Below, one piece after another: positions 47,123 to 60,740 of a stretch of DNA of 64,000 nt. The notes beneath the pieces are model-generated. The model was given only the letters and a program-made list of their open reading frames with translations. It was not told where the DNA came from and ran no database searches. The DNA is from Paraspadella gotoi (lineage: Eukaryota > Animalia > Chaetognatha). The translations under genes were made by a program, and so were the position numbers. The DNA is taken from assembly GCA_051294375.1 (NCBI GenBank), contig CM119267.1, positions 1,356,962-1,420,961 of the forward strand, written 5' to 3'. Position 1 is the stretch's first letter, and each line of letters begins with the position of its first letter.

Positions 47123-48958
47123 TCAAACTCCATCAGACAAATTGATGACTTCAAGAAATTTGTTATCACGAAAATATTTGAGAACAATTTCTTCTTCTGC
47201 TTCGGTGAATTTTCCGTGTGAACTGGCGACGTGAATCGCTCTGGAATTAAGGGCGAAAACACGAGATATGGAATCAATCAAATCGATCACTACAATCTAC
47301 AAATTCTACATGGAACCAACCAAATTAGTACAATCAATATAAAAATTAACCATTAATTTAATAAGTAAGCTATCTTGCCCCTGACTTTTGACAGGCTGTG
47401 GTGGTTCAAGGCCTCCGTCACTCAAACAAGATAGTAACATAACAAAACCCAGAAAGAGTATTGTGATTATAACAAAGAAAATATTGTCTTTTTTATATTG
47501 TTTTGTTTACAAATGTAACTAAAGTTTCTCTGTACTCGCTATAAAAATTAATGCCACCTTGTACAATTAGCCAATTCGATTCCATTGGCTTTTCTGATTC
47601 ATCTCATTTTGTTCGCCATGTTTAACTCGACAACCTTTCACATTAAGCTTTCAATAAATAATAATAAATTAATCGAAGCAAATGACGAATCTAGTATCAA
47701 ATCTAATCTAATCTAATCTAATCTAATCTAATCTAATCTAATCTAAACACTCACTCGTCGATTTCGACGCATCCCCACAAATTAATCCCTTTGGCCGAGA
47801 GATTCCTTTTCGCTCCCATCCCTAGCTCCAGCAGAGCGACTCCATCGCTGACTTGGAGACCTTGCGCCTCGAGGGCTGCGGCCGTTTGAAAGAGGGCTCG
47901 GCCGGAGTGGGTCATGTCCTCTATAACGAGGCAGGTGTCGCCTGGGAGGGAAAAAAAGAGGGAAGCAGCGGAGGTATTGGAAAAAAAGACTAATTGAAAT
48001 TTATTACTTTAGTTTAAATTCATTTTAGGAATTAATTTGCCATCTTATCTTGTAGTCGGGCATTGCCTAGGTTAAACCCGCCTATAAGTATGACACTTTC
48101 AGTTGTGACCCAGTGCCTCATTGAGTAAAGCTATCAGATCATGAGCACTAGGTACCGGGTTCAATCCCATCTTGGAGATTTTCGACGCTGGGGTGAGCAT
48201 TAAGCAGTCCCTGAACTTCGGATCCGGCTGCAACACTATGTTACAGGCGGGTTAAGCGCCCCGTCTATCTAAACTGCTAAGCGACCACCGGGCAAGAACT
48301 CCGGACCTTTGGGTTGGGAGGCAAATGACTTGCCTCCAGCACTAATGGCCGCTGATGAACGGTTGGTGGATTTTAGTCCACCATAGTACTTTATTTTTAA
48401 GTTTCGTTTAAATATCAAAGCAGGAAATGTTATGTTCCGTAAGTATTTGCAAATTTTTTATACTTTTTTATATTTTCGACTAACTATATATATATATTTA
48501 TTATATTATGTTGTTGTGAAGAAGTTTAAATAATATCAATCTTTGTTGTAATTATATTTTCTCTTCTAGTACCACGCAGATTTTATCCCGTAGGCCTTTG
48601 CCTCCTTCATAACCCCACCTTCTTTGTAGACCCCTTCCACAACCCTCTTCAACCCGTAGGCCTTGGCCTCTTTTCTCCTCAATAACATGGAGACATCGTT
48701 GGTGACGGCAAAGGTAGTCGTCGCAGCCAACGCCGCCATGGGGACGCCAACAACGTGGTCGAAGGAGAGATGGCGCTGTTGAAGGAAAGAGAGGGAAAGG
48801 AAGGGAGGGAGGGAGAGAGAGAGAGAGGGAGGAAGAAAGAGAGAGAGAGAGAGGGAGGAAGAGAGAGAGAGAGAGAGGGAGGGAGGAAGAGAGAGAGGGA
48901 GAGAGACGGAGGAAGAAAGAGAGGGTGGTGGAAGAGTCTCTAATTTCACTTCAATCAA

Positions 48959-48997
<39 letters not shown>

Positions 48998-50772
48998 ATT
49001 AATAAATAAATCAATAATAAATAAATCAATAATAAATAAATCAATAATAAATAAATCAATAATAAATAAATCAAAAATAAATAAATCAAAAATAAATAAA
49101 TCAAAAATAAATAAATCAAAAATAAATAAATCAAAAAGAAATTAATCAAAAAGAAATAAATCAAAAATAAATAAATCAAAAATAAATAAATCAAACAATT
49201 AATCAATCAATAAATAAACCAATCAATCAATCATTCTATAAATTAATCAATAAATCAATAAATAAATCAATAAATAAATAAATCAATAAATCAATAATTC
49301 AATAAATCAATCAATCTCACCTTTTCGATTTCTTCTTTAATTATCACCGCCGCTGATTTCAAGAGTCGAGGAAACGAAACTAATTCGTTGAGGTCCAGAT
49401 AGATTGGGATTTCGACTCCGGAGTCCAAAGCGAATCGACCGAATTTTAGAACCTGAACACGAGAGATGTTTTAAGGGGATAGTGAAATCGAAAGACAAAA
49501 GATATAAAAAAAGAAAAAAAAAGATTGGTCAAGATTTGAAAAAGATAAAAAATATATATACATGTATATATTTCCTAAGGAAAACGCTAACATCCATCTC
49601 CCAGATACATAATTAATATCTAATAATTAAATTTAATATTTAAATTAAATATTTTAAACTTGTTATTGTTAATTTAAAATTTAGTCTAGTCAAGTATTTT
49701 TTTTTATGAATTTTCTCTTTAATATGATTTACTGCAATATGCAAATTAGAATATAATATTTTATATACTGATTTTCATATTTATAGATAGTAATTTGCAT
49801 ATTGCAGGAAATCATAATGAGAAAAATTCAAATAAAAAATACTTGATTCTATATAAAACATGACAATTGTAAAGATCTTAAAGATGAGAAGCCATATTTA
49901 AATTTTTAACTTACTATGATCGTACACTTTTATAAAAATGTATAGTAATTCGTAGTAGTTTTTTTTTAATTGTAAGCCCCAATCGAAACTATATAAAAAA
50001 AAACGTGACGACGACGACGACGTCACAAAGAAGCTAAACAGATCCAATAACTAGCCAATCGTCTATTGATTCAATGAAGTAAAACAATTTCTTGGCTTAC
50101 TTTTGCACAATAAATATTATATCTCTATATGTATCCCAGTATGTATCCTTATCATAACATAGAATTCTTCAAGGTAGTCTTATCCCTATTGGTAAAAAAA
50201 ATCATATATAACTTTGATCCCTCCTCAAAAAATTATCCATTCCCACCCCTCTCTGTTCAGCCTCTTAGATATTATGATTTTTCATTAATGACTTTCTAAC
50301 AGAAATGATGTGTGATATCTATTAGAAAACTAGGACAGATTGTAATCTAACCTTGTGTTGTATAGATGCTCCCTCTATTTCCAGAAGACAATACTGACCT
50401 CCCCCTCCCAGAATGAGATATTAGATATAATAAGCAATTTAAAAAAAAGTAATAAATTTAATTAAATAATATAGTTAAAATAGTAAAACATTCATAAAAT
50501 ATAAAAATATAAGATAGTGAAACAAGTAATTTTGCAAATTTTCATAAATATATTTAAAATGATTACTTTAGGGTTATATGGAATACTTTATCCTCGAAAT
50601 TATTTGCTTCCGGGCATAAAATAAGACAAGTAGCTTCAGATTTTCGAAAATTAGGACCAATAAACGTCAATTACCACTAAATTATACAAAATAGGTAATA
50701 CTATTTCTATTAGTTGCTCACCCCAGCGTCGAATATCCCCAAAATCCATTCTTCCTTCGCATCGGATCCCAT
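47123..50772 (-). CDS. Orotate phosphoribosyltransferase-like protein (UMPS N-terminal domain only, about 214 aa)
   Basis: Exons 50772-50722, 49452-49321, 48775-48619, 47941-47755, 47240-47123, all phase-consistent. Motifs LKFGRFALDSG..PIYLDL, GVPMAAL, RRKEAKAYG..RVVEG and PRPP loop CLVIEDMTHSG; stop after FRDNKF..DGV. Confidence 0.88.
48105..48395 (+). mobile_element. Putative tRNA-derived SINE in an OPRT intron
   Basis: tRNA-like head with B-box-like GGGTTCAATCCC (~48157-48168), a GC-rich body and a T-rich tail; no complete cloverleaf. Confidence 0.45.
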
Positions 50773-50924
50773 TTTTTTATTTTTACGAAAATCAAAATCG
50801 AAAAAAAAACAAAAGAAAACTAACTTAAAAATTTTGAGTTCAAACTTCAAAACAAAAAAACTAAGAAAGCAGACGAATACCAGACTGTTGACAGATGTGT
50901 CTGTGCGTGTGGTGTGTGTGTGTG

Positions 50925-50960
<36 letters not shown>

Positions 50961-50962
50961 AG

Positions 50963-51008
<46 letters not shown>

Positions 51009-51085
51009 TTAACGCGTGTTTCTAGCCAAAAGTCTCGCCGGCTTAAATGAGAAGAGATCTCGATCAGTATCTCTCTTCTCTCTCT

Positions 51086-51120
<35 letters not shown>

Positions 51121-52069
51121 CTCTCTTCTCCTCTTTCTTCTCTCTCTCTCTCTCATTCTCTCACTCACTCATCACTCTGCTTCACTCTGTCTAACGAAAT
51201 GTTAAACCTGTTTTTGAGTTTTCTCGCCAAAGTCACTTCGTTCTTTCTTTTCCCGATCCCTCACTCACATATAAAGTTTTAAAATTGATATAAGCTATAA
51301 TATATATTATTAATCTACGTATAGCAAAACGTTTTCTTGCCAGATGTAAACGTGGGAAACGCCTTGAAAAACTAACGGAATTCTACTGTGAAAGACAGAA
51401 ACAAATTAACAGAAATTTTGAGAGTAAAAGTCAGTGAAAGAAGAGTGATAGTGAAAAAAGAGTGAACGGCAGAAACTGTGAGATTTCTGATGATGATTAG
51501 TGGAAATATCATCGAAACGCGGGGAGAATAGGAATAACGTATTGAGTGAGATAGAGAATGAGAGAGGGAAAGAGAGAGGGAGAGAGAGAGGGAGAGAGAG
51601 AGGAAGAGTGAGAGAAGGAGAGTTTGTGAATTTAAGAGAGAAAGAAATTATGGGATTTACGTTTTTCTTTTATTAATTCAATTATCTTAAAATTTCTCGT
51701 TTATTCATACAGCAATATAATAAAACTGTCGAAGGATGTCATGTAACTAGAAAATAGTGATAACATTGTGATAGTTAACTGTTATTAATCTCAATTTGAT
51801 TGTTCTCAAAGCGGAATATTTAAAGGAATTCACTCCGATGTAGTTTATTGAATTTTGATGACAAGAGATTTTAGTGAGAAAATCACGAAGAAAGTCATTT
51901 TCCAATTTTTCGATCCCGAGATTGTAAAAACTGATCTCAAAAGTAGATTTATTATTAAATATTTGGAAGAAATCCTTAAGCAAAACGTTTTTGTTTCTCC
52001 AATAAACTATTGCCTTGGACAATGGACATGATGTCTCTCGTGAGAATTGTACATCCAGGTTTGGGCGAC

Positions 52070-52161
<92 letters not shown>

Positions 52162-53297
52162 TGGTAAGCGGTCAAAAGTAAGGTCACTTATGATCAAGGA
52201 TGCGTGTTGTGGTTGTTGTTGTTCCACCTTACCCGTTTTCGTTCATTTTGACGTCGCCTCATTATAGTATGATATACTTTTTATTTATATAGGCCAACGG
52301 AGTTAAATGCAATAACAGTTAATGATTTGGATTAGTGATTAAATCAGGGATTAAGGATTAAGATTAAGGATTAAGATTAAGATTAAAATTAAGATTAAGG
52401 ATTAAGATTAGGTGATAATGTTAGTGATGTTAAAGATAAGAGTTTAGCATTGAGGTTAAGTTTAAAATTTAGCAAAAGATTAGGGTAAGGTTAAATATAA
52501 GGCGAGGGATTAAGAGGCGCTATGGGAAAATATTGCCAACTTTACCTCTTCTCATCAGATTTCAAAATCGCATCTTCTTTCGCCTCCTAACATTTTTCAT
52601 CCCAACAGAAATTCTTTTGCAACGTCATCGTATTGCAAATTGTCGTCGTCGTCGNNNNNNNNNNCGTCGTCGTCATTATCTCCGATGTTAACGTGGTTAT
52701 CCTCTTTGTTATCGTTCTCATGTTCGCCTTCGTCGCCGTCGTCGTCGTCTTCATTTTCGTCGGCGTCTTCGTCATCATCGTCGTCGTCGTCCTAATCGTC
52801 TTCGTTTTCGTCTTTGTCGTCGTCGTCTTTGTCGTCGTCGTCGTCGTCGTCGTCGTTTTAGATCGAATTCGCAATAAAATCTTTGAAGCGAAAAGAAAAA
52901 AATTGAATCGAATGTTGAAGAAAGAATTTTAAGCTGAAAAAGGAGAGAGGCGAAATCCGAATGGAAGCCACGAACTACAGACGACCACATCAATGACCAC
53001 AGACAACCACATCAATGACCACAGACTATCACAGTGATTGTGAGACCTAAAAAGAAAATTCTCAAGACGAAGAAATATTTCTCTAGTTTTTGTGAATCGA
53101 ATATTCGATGATTGTTACACTGTGAGACTGTGAGACTGTGAGACAGCGAGACAATGAGACAGAGGGGAACTAAAAAAAAACTGTGAATTTGAAAAATTCT
53201 GTGGTTTTGTGAGAAAGATCAGGAATTCGTGTCACTTAAATTCTTTTCTTCTCAGCTGCAGTTTCCAAAAAAATGCAAATGTTGTCTCATTAAAGAC

Positions 53298-53389
<92 letters not shown>

Positions 53390-53545
53390 TTTCCTTTTTT
53401 CTTTATATTTTCTCTTTGTCTCTGTGAATGTCTGTTTTTGTTCTAAAAAAATGTTTTATGCAAATTTTTTTTTCGCCACTAATTTTACTTTTAACACGAA
53501 TTTTCTATTTTTGTCTCTTTTCTCAGATGTTGTCTCTGCATTCCT

Positions 53546-53580
<35 letters not shown>

Positions 53581-53679
53581 NNNNNNNNNNNNNNNNNNNN
53601 NNNNNCCTACTCTTCTCTCTCTCTCCTCTCTCTCTCTCTGCTCTCTCTCTCTCTCCGCTCCTCTCTGTTCTCTCTCTCT

Positions 53680-56600
53680 CTCTGTCTCGTATAGTTAGAG
53701 AGAGAACAAAATACAATTGAATTGATGCTGTCTGCCTCTTTTGAAGATTTGACGTTTTATTTCTCTGACAGAGCGACGGATGGAGAAAAAATAGGAAAAA
53801 GAAGGGGAGAAGGCGGAAAGAAAGAGATGCAGGAAAGAGAAGGAGGAAAGGGAGGAGGAAAGATGGGAAGAAAGAAGGTGAAAAGATATGAGGAAAGAGA
53901 GGAAGGAGGGAAAGGGTGGAGAAAAGAGGGGGAGGAAAGAGAAATGAGGAAAGAGTAGGAGGAAAGGAAGGAGGAAAGCTTGGAGAAAGGGTAAGAGGGA
54001 AAAGGAGAGGAGAAAGAGAGGTAGGAAAGGGAGGAGGAAAAGAGAGGAGAAAAAAAAAGAGGAGAAAAGGGAAGAAAAGCAGCGGGAAGAAAGAGAGGAG
54101 GAAAGAGAGGAGGACTATGAGGGAAGAAAGACCGAGAGGAAACGAGGGGGTAAGGAAAGGGGAGAGGAAAGAGAGAAGGAAAAGAGAGGAGGAAAGATGG
54201 GGAAGAAAAGAGAGAGAATGAAGGAGGAGGAAGGAGGAGGAAAAAGGGAGGTGGGTAGGAAAGAGAGGAGGAAAGAAGAGAGGAAAGATGAGAAGAAAGA
54301 GAGAGGAGAGGATCGGAGGGCAAAGAGCAGGAGGAAAGAGAGGCGGAAAGGGAGGAGGAAAGAGGGGGAAGAAGATAGTAGGAAACAGAGGACGTAAAGA
54401 GAGCAAGAAAAAGAAGGAGGAAAAGAGGAGAAAGACGGAGAAAGAGGATAAGAAAGGAGGAGGAATAGAGAGGGGAGAAGAAGGAAGAAGGCATAAGAGA
54501 GGAGGAAAAAGAGGAAGAAAGTGAGGAGGAAAGATGAGGAGGAAAAGAGAGGAAGAAAGAGAGAGGAAAAAGAGAAGAAGTGAGAGAGGGAAAGAGGGAG
54601 GAAAAAGAGGAAGAAGGGAGAGGAAAGGGCGAGGAGGAAAGGAGAGAAGAGAGGAGAATGAGGGAAGAACAATAGAAGGATAAGAGAGAGGATGCAAGTA
54701 GAGGAGGGAAAGAGAGAAGGAAAGAGAAGGAAGAAAGGGAGAGGAAAGAGAGGAGGAAAGATAGACAGATTTCGTTATTCAGCTAAATTATAATAAACAT
54801 AAAGTTCATCCAGTTTGATTTCATTGATCTTAATTGGATGACGATAAGCATAACTTAAAGTGAACGATGTCATTTTCTGCCAAAATTGTTTGTTCTGCAT
54901 TTTTTTCTGGTTTCATTCGCTAAACTCAGTTTTGGTTTGTAAATTAAAAACTCTGCGAAACTTATAAGAAACTAAAATCGTAAACATTTCACTTAGTACA
55001 GAAATTGCAAAACACAAACGAAAGACAAAGACCCAAAAAGAAAAAAAAGAAGAAAAGAAAAAGAAAAAGAAAGAAAAAAAAAAGAAAAAAAGAAATAAAG
55101 AAAAAGAAATAAAATAAAGTAAAAAAGAAAGAATAAAGAAACCCACAATTGTGGCCTTTCGAGAATTTTTTGGCGGGGAAATCCAGATTTTAGAAGGAGA
55201 ATAATTTATATAATAAATCCTTTGTACTTCTTGACGTGAGAGAAATTTTGGTTGACCGATGGGAAATGAGACGAGAGAGAGAGTTAGGAGAGGAGAGATG
55301 ATGAGAGAGAGAAGACGAGAGAGAGAGGAGACGAAGAGATGAGAGAGAGAGAGACTGAGAAAGTCGGTTACAAAAACTCAAATCGGACAAACGCGGACAA
55401 TAAATTTTTCTTTCGCCGATCGGAAGTCGAGTCTAGCACTTCCCGATCTTGCAAATGAGATTTAATTGATGGATTATTTAAAGCGAGGTGTTCGAGTTTT
55501 TCGTGGGAGATTTCGGCCGGGGGGGCTGAGGAGTTGAAGGAGATGAGGAGTGGTGAGATGATAAGATGAAAGAGTTGAGGAGATGCAGGAGTTAGGGGAT
55601 GAATTGAAGGTAAAATAAAAATGAAACTTACAAATATTAAAGATTAAATTGTGAAAAAGCTGAGATAAGGAGTGAACACAATATTTCTTTTCTCTATTTA
55701 ATCTTATTTTATTCTTTTCTTAAAAAATGATCATTATTATTATATTCATTTATATATAAATTATATATAATATACTATATTATATAGTATATCTCTCTCT
55801 CTCACTCTCTCTCATCTCTCTCTCTCTTCTCTTCTCTCCATTCTCTCCTTCCCTATCTCTTTACTATCTCCCCCCCCTCCGCTCTTCGCGTCGATTGAGT
55901 CTTAAATGTTGATATTATCATTTCTCTGTTACGGGATCCACGCTGTCACCGTGCAACACTTTCAGGTGATTAACTCCTTTCAGTGATCTAATCACGATTC
56001 CGAAGTTTTTCTCATATTTTCTCTCGTTTTTTTTTTCTTTGTTAATTAATATATTTATAGTATTATTTAGCGAATTAATAATAATTTATAATTTATAATA
56101 ATATAAGATAATAAACATAAGTCTCTTAGGGTTTTTTTTTCCGATTGATGAATAAGTTTATGCTTTAAATACGAACATATATTATATAAAAGGATTACTC
56201 ATTTTATATTTGACGAACGAGTTCACGTTTTCATTGCTTGGGATTTTTCCTTTTGTTTTGATTGCTTGGGATGACCCTAGATTTCTCAGGATGCCAACGC
56301 ATTGCTTCCCCGCCCTTTGATTGACGATCCGCGCTTGAATTTAAACCGAAAGAACGACACCTCACCGAGTGAACTCACCAAACTCACTTTTTCGTCCCTT
56401 CTGCCCTTACTTCCGAACCTCATTCGCTCGATACTCACACCGCGAATCATAGTACAGAGGAGGGAGGGAAAGAGGCGAGGAGGAGGGGAGGAGAAAGAAT
56501 GTGGAGGAGGAGGCTGATGAGGAGGAGAGACGGAGGAGGAGGGCAGGAAGAGGAGGAGGTTGAGAAAGAGGAATGAAGAGGAGGCGAGTAAAGACGGATG

Positions 56601-56740
56601 AATGACGATTTTGATAAAACGGAAGGGATTATTCTTTTGATGTTTTCTCACCTAAATTTTTTCCTTTTTTCCTTTCCTTTTCTTTTTTTAAAAGATATGT
56701 AAGAGCTTGGGATTGTCGGTCGGTCGGGGTCTCAATGGCC
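53680..56740. repeat. ~3-kb segment duplicated at 61020-64000, with the GA-rich block inverted in the second copy
   Basis: 54760-56740 matches 62115-64000 with many indels; 53790-54500 matches the reverse complement of 61220-61990; 25-N gaps at 53581-53605 and 62012-62036. Confidence 0.85.
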
Positions 56741-57136
56741 TGTCTCGTTTAGGTTTTGTTTTCATACGACTACCTAGAATCATTACTAAATCGTTTTTAA
56801 TTTTTTATATTTACATTTACTAGTGATTTGATACGAGATTCGTCTCGCTTGTACAGTCACGTGCATCAACGCGCGCGATTCGATTTTGTGAGAAGAATGT
56901 GAACACTACACACCGTTTGAAAGTGGAACAGGTTGAACAGTTAACAGTGAACGCTGTGAAAGTGAAAACTGGCGCAACACCGATTTTTTTATAATCGTTT
57001 CTTTCAAATTTTCTTTTTTTTTTCTCTCTTGGATTTTAATATTTTATTCCGTCCTTTTTCGTTTTTTTAAATTAATTTAGACCTCAAATGGTAAATGATT
57101 TAAATTTCAAATGTTTACGAAATTAATATAAAAACA

Positions 57137-60100
57137 CAAGTTTGATAGCAACAATGTTCGGATCTGCCGACGGATCATTATCGGTAATTAATAAATTGCA
57201 TTAATAATTAATCATTAATATTTAATTTTCAAGTTAATTAATTATAATTAATTCAAGTAATTAATTAATTAAATTAATTAAATAATTATTTTATTTAAGT
57301 TAATTATTTAACTTAATTAGGCAATATTTAATTAATTAATTTGAATATAATATTTGTTTGATTGATTAATTTACTGATTAATTAATTTATTGATTAATTA
57401 ACCTGATTTAATTTATTTGATTAATTAATACATCTTGCATTTAACATATAAAATAAAATAAAATAAAGTCATACCATTAGTTTTAATAGGTTTCTTTGTT
57501 TTTTCATTTAAACTCATTTCGCACCTCAAGATTCCCATCGAACTTATTTCCAGTTAATTCACACACTTTTCTTACCCAAATATAGAATTTTAGTCCAATT
57601 CGCGCCCATTCCACTCATGAGTAATTCGGTTTTTCAAATAGATGAATATATTTTTTTTTGTTTTTTTCCATTTCAAACTCATTTCCATCTAGACAAGAAT
57701 TTCATCAAAACTTCATATCCGCTTCAATCACACAACGTTCCCTACCCAGTACCCACACACAAATTTCATTCCAATCCATCATGCCAATCACGAGTATTGG
57801 TATTTTTTATCTAAGGTGGGACGGACGGTGACGGACGAACAGGACCAGACGGATGGACAGACGACGAACGGACAGACAGACAGACAGCGGGACAGACTGG
57901 ACAGAGGAATCGTTTTTTTTACATAATTTATCATATTTCGATATTCTGACATGCATATAAGTTGAATGCCTGTCAAGATTGAGCAAGTATTCTTCCTTCG
58001 AATCGCCTTCCCCGGGGCGCTTGCTAGGGCGCTCCGCGGGTGCTCCGCGGGGCGGGCCTCCGGGCAAGCAAAGTCCTTTACTGCCTGGGGGCGGCCCCTG
58101 AGCCTCTTTTTTTTGGGCCCAAGGGGCCCTCCAGGGGGATATCCCCCAGGGGCTAGAAAAACCTTCTTCCCCTGGGGGCCACCCCCAGGGGGATGAATTT
58201 GCCTTGCCCTGGAACGGCTCTCTCTCGCCTCCTATTCTTCTTTCTCTCTCCTCTTTCTCTCTCTCTCTCTCCCTCTCTTTTTTCCTCTTTATTCTATATC
58301 TCTTTTCTGTTTTTCATCTTTATTAATAAAAATTAAAATTAAAAATTAAAAATTTTAAAATAAAATGAAATCATTATTACACTTCATTATAGGGAAGCCA
58401 GGTTCACTGGGATTTTGATAAATAAGGGACTTGTGTGAGAGAGTTCTTGATTGAAAGCTTGCTAGAAACCGCTATTGTTATTATCTTGGTACGTGTGTGA
58501 TGGAGGCCTTAAACCCCCAAAGCCTGTCCAAAGTCAGAGGGACAAGATTAGGCTTATTTATTATAATGAATGGATAATTTTTATTTATTGGTTGTACCAA
58601 TTTTCATATAAAAATACAAATTAATATCTTTCACTTCATAATCAATCACTGAACCAATAGGGCTCTGCGCCAATACTAATATGCATAATTCTCGCGCTCA
58701 ACTTGCATTATTAGTTCAAATGACATAATTTGGTTTCAACTGACATTAATTTGGGACAACTGATATAATTTGAGCGTCAACTTTTAGATTTTTGTAAAAA
58801 CTTTCATAATTTGGTTAAATTTTATTTAATTTGGTCCAACTTTCATAATTTTGTGTCACTTTAACATTTTTGGTCAACTGGGATAATTTGGTAATTTTGT
58901 TATTAATTTAGTCAACTTGCATTAATTCGGTAACCTTCATAATTGGATAAACTTCATAATTTTTGTCAAATTGACATACATTGCGTCAACTGATATAATT
59001 TGATCACTTTTAGAATTTTGGTAAACTTTCCTATATTTGGTAAAATTCATAATTTGGTTCCAACTTGTCATAATTTGGTCAACTTGCATTAATTTGGTCA
59101 ACTTACCTCAATTTGTGTCAAACATCAACTTAAAATTAGCTAATTTATTAAATTTTCATCTGTAAGAAATAGAAAGAAGAAAGAGTTGAGAAAATTTTTT
59201 AATAAATCAAGTAAATTATGACTTTTTGTTTTTTCTATTTAAACTCACTTTCACTTGCATACTTTCTACCAACGCACAAATTTTTTTTTAATTCATCTAT
59301 GAAATTATTTAAATAGTAGAATAAATAGTAGGATGGTTTTAATTTTTTATTCACTTATAAAAAAAATTAATTAATTCATTAATTAATTATTAAATCAGTC
59401 TTTAAGTTCCGTCCCATATTGCATAAACTCAAATTATTCCGTGATTAGATCATATGGATTAGAATAAAATCTTGTGTGTGGGATAGAAAGTGTGTGATTG
59501 AGCGAGATATTAAGTTTTGCTGCACTTTCTTCTCAAAACCATCAGCCTTTCCTCAAAAAACGTGAGTTCATTGAGGGAATCTAAAACTAACAATTATTAA
59601 TAAAATCTTAAATTGAAAAAATTATTTTCACGTTAACAATAATTGAAAAAAAATGTATATTTTTTTTTGTTACATAAACACGTCTTGAAGATAGAGAGAG
59701 AGAAAGTAGAGGAAAGAGAAAGAAAAGAAAGAGAGAAAATGAAAAGATTAGAAAATGTCAGAGAGTAGAGAGAGAGAAAGTTGTGAGAGAAAGGAGAAAA
59801 GAGAGGATAACAGAACAGGGGAGATATTTCTAGATACAATAAATTGTCAGTATATTTTCTTATCTAAACTTTGCTCCTCTTAACTCGGCCCCTGGGGAGC
59901 CCTTTTTTGCTTCCCAGGGCGTTACCCCAGGGCGGACTTTTTTCCCAGGGGAGCCGCCAGTCCCAGGGGGTTCCCCCTGGGGCAAACATTTTGGTTATTA
60001 GGGGCGGCCCCCTCAATGACCATTTTTGCTTGCTCCCCCTGGAATAGTCTGCCCCCTGGGGCCGCCCCTTAGAGGCCGCCCGCGGGCGGAGGATTTGGGA

Positions 60101-60188
60101 TGATGACATATCTCAGATTGAGGGGGCGGCCGACGGACGACAAAGTGGAATTAGAGTCGGGATCTGCTAAAAGAGATCCGACTTAAAA
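57137..60188 (-). mobile_element. Second copy of the Helentron/DINE-1-like element, split by a 2.1-kb insertion
   Basis: 57137-57983 and 60115-60188, reverse-complemented, together rebuild the 44978-45536 element. Confidence 0.6.
57984..60114. mobile_element. Non-autonomous DNA transposon-like insertion with 8-bp TSD (hAT-like)
   Basis: AGATTGAG occurs at 57976-57983 and 60115-60122 but only once in the uninterrupted copy; GC-rich CCCCAGGGG/CCCCTGGGG subterminal blocks at both ends; terminal inverted repeats are poorly matched. Confidence 0.55.
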
Positions 60189-60409
60189 ACTCGCGGATTT
60201 TTTATCGTTTTCGTTAAAAATTTTCAATTTTGTCGAATATTTTGACGAAAAAAATCTCTCGAGTATTAAAAGATTACGAAAGTGAAGGAAAGCATTTCTA
60301 GGAAATCGGGGCGGTTTTGTAGACGACGACTACGACGACGACAACGACGCAACAACGACGCGCAAGGATAACTTTCGCCGGTGAGTTCTTAATCATATTC
60401 CTCTTTCAG

Positions 60410-60740
60410 ATTCAGATGTTATTTTCGGACCCCTGTCTATAGATGTTTCTGTCTGCTCCTTGTTACAGATGGTTTTCCGTACCCTGTCTAATTGATTTTA
60501 TATAAGCGCCTTAGTCTAGAGATGTTATTTCCGTATACGCCTGTTCTATAGATGTTACATCGTGCCCTAGTTACAGATGTATTTTGTACCCCAGTCTATA
60601 GATGTTTATGTCAGCGCCCTTGTCTACAATGTCATTTCGTACCCCAGCTATATTATTTTACGTGTGCGCCTAGTCAACAGATGTTCATATTTTCGTACCC
60701 AGTTATAGATGTACGTCACGTGCCCTAGGTCTACAGATGG
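60410..60740. repeat. Degenerate tandem repeat with core CCCTAGTCTA(C/T)AGATGT
   Basis: About 10 noisy units. Confidence 0.65.

Noticed and set aside
52000-52900. Possible minus-strand exons around the (GAC)n tract
   Set aside because: There are stops in all frames, an N gap and no recognisable motif, so no supported gene model could be built.
53456-54697. Long ORFs of 245-413 aa here and at 61071-62121
   Set aside because: They are stop-free translations of GA/CT low-complexity DNA with no domain signal.
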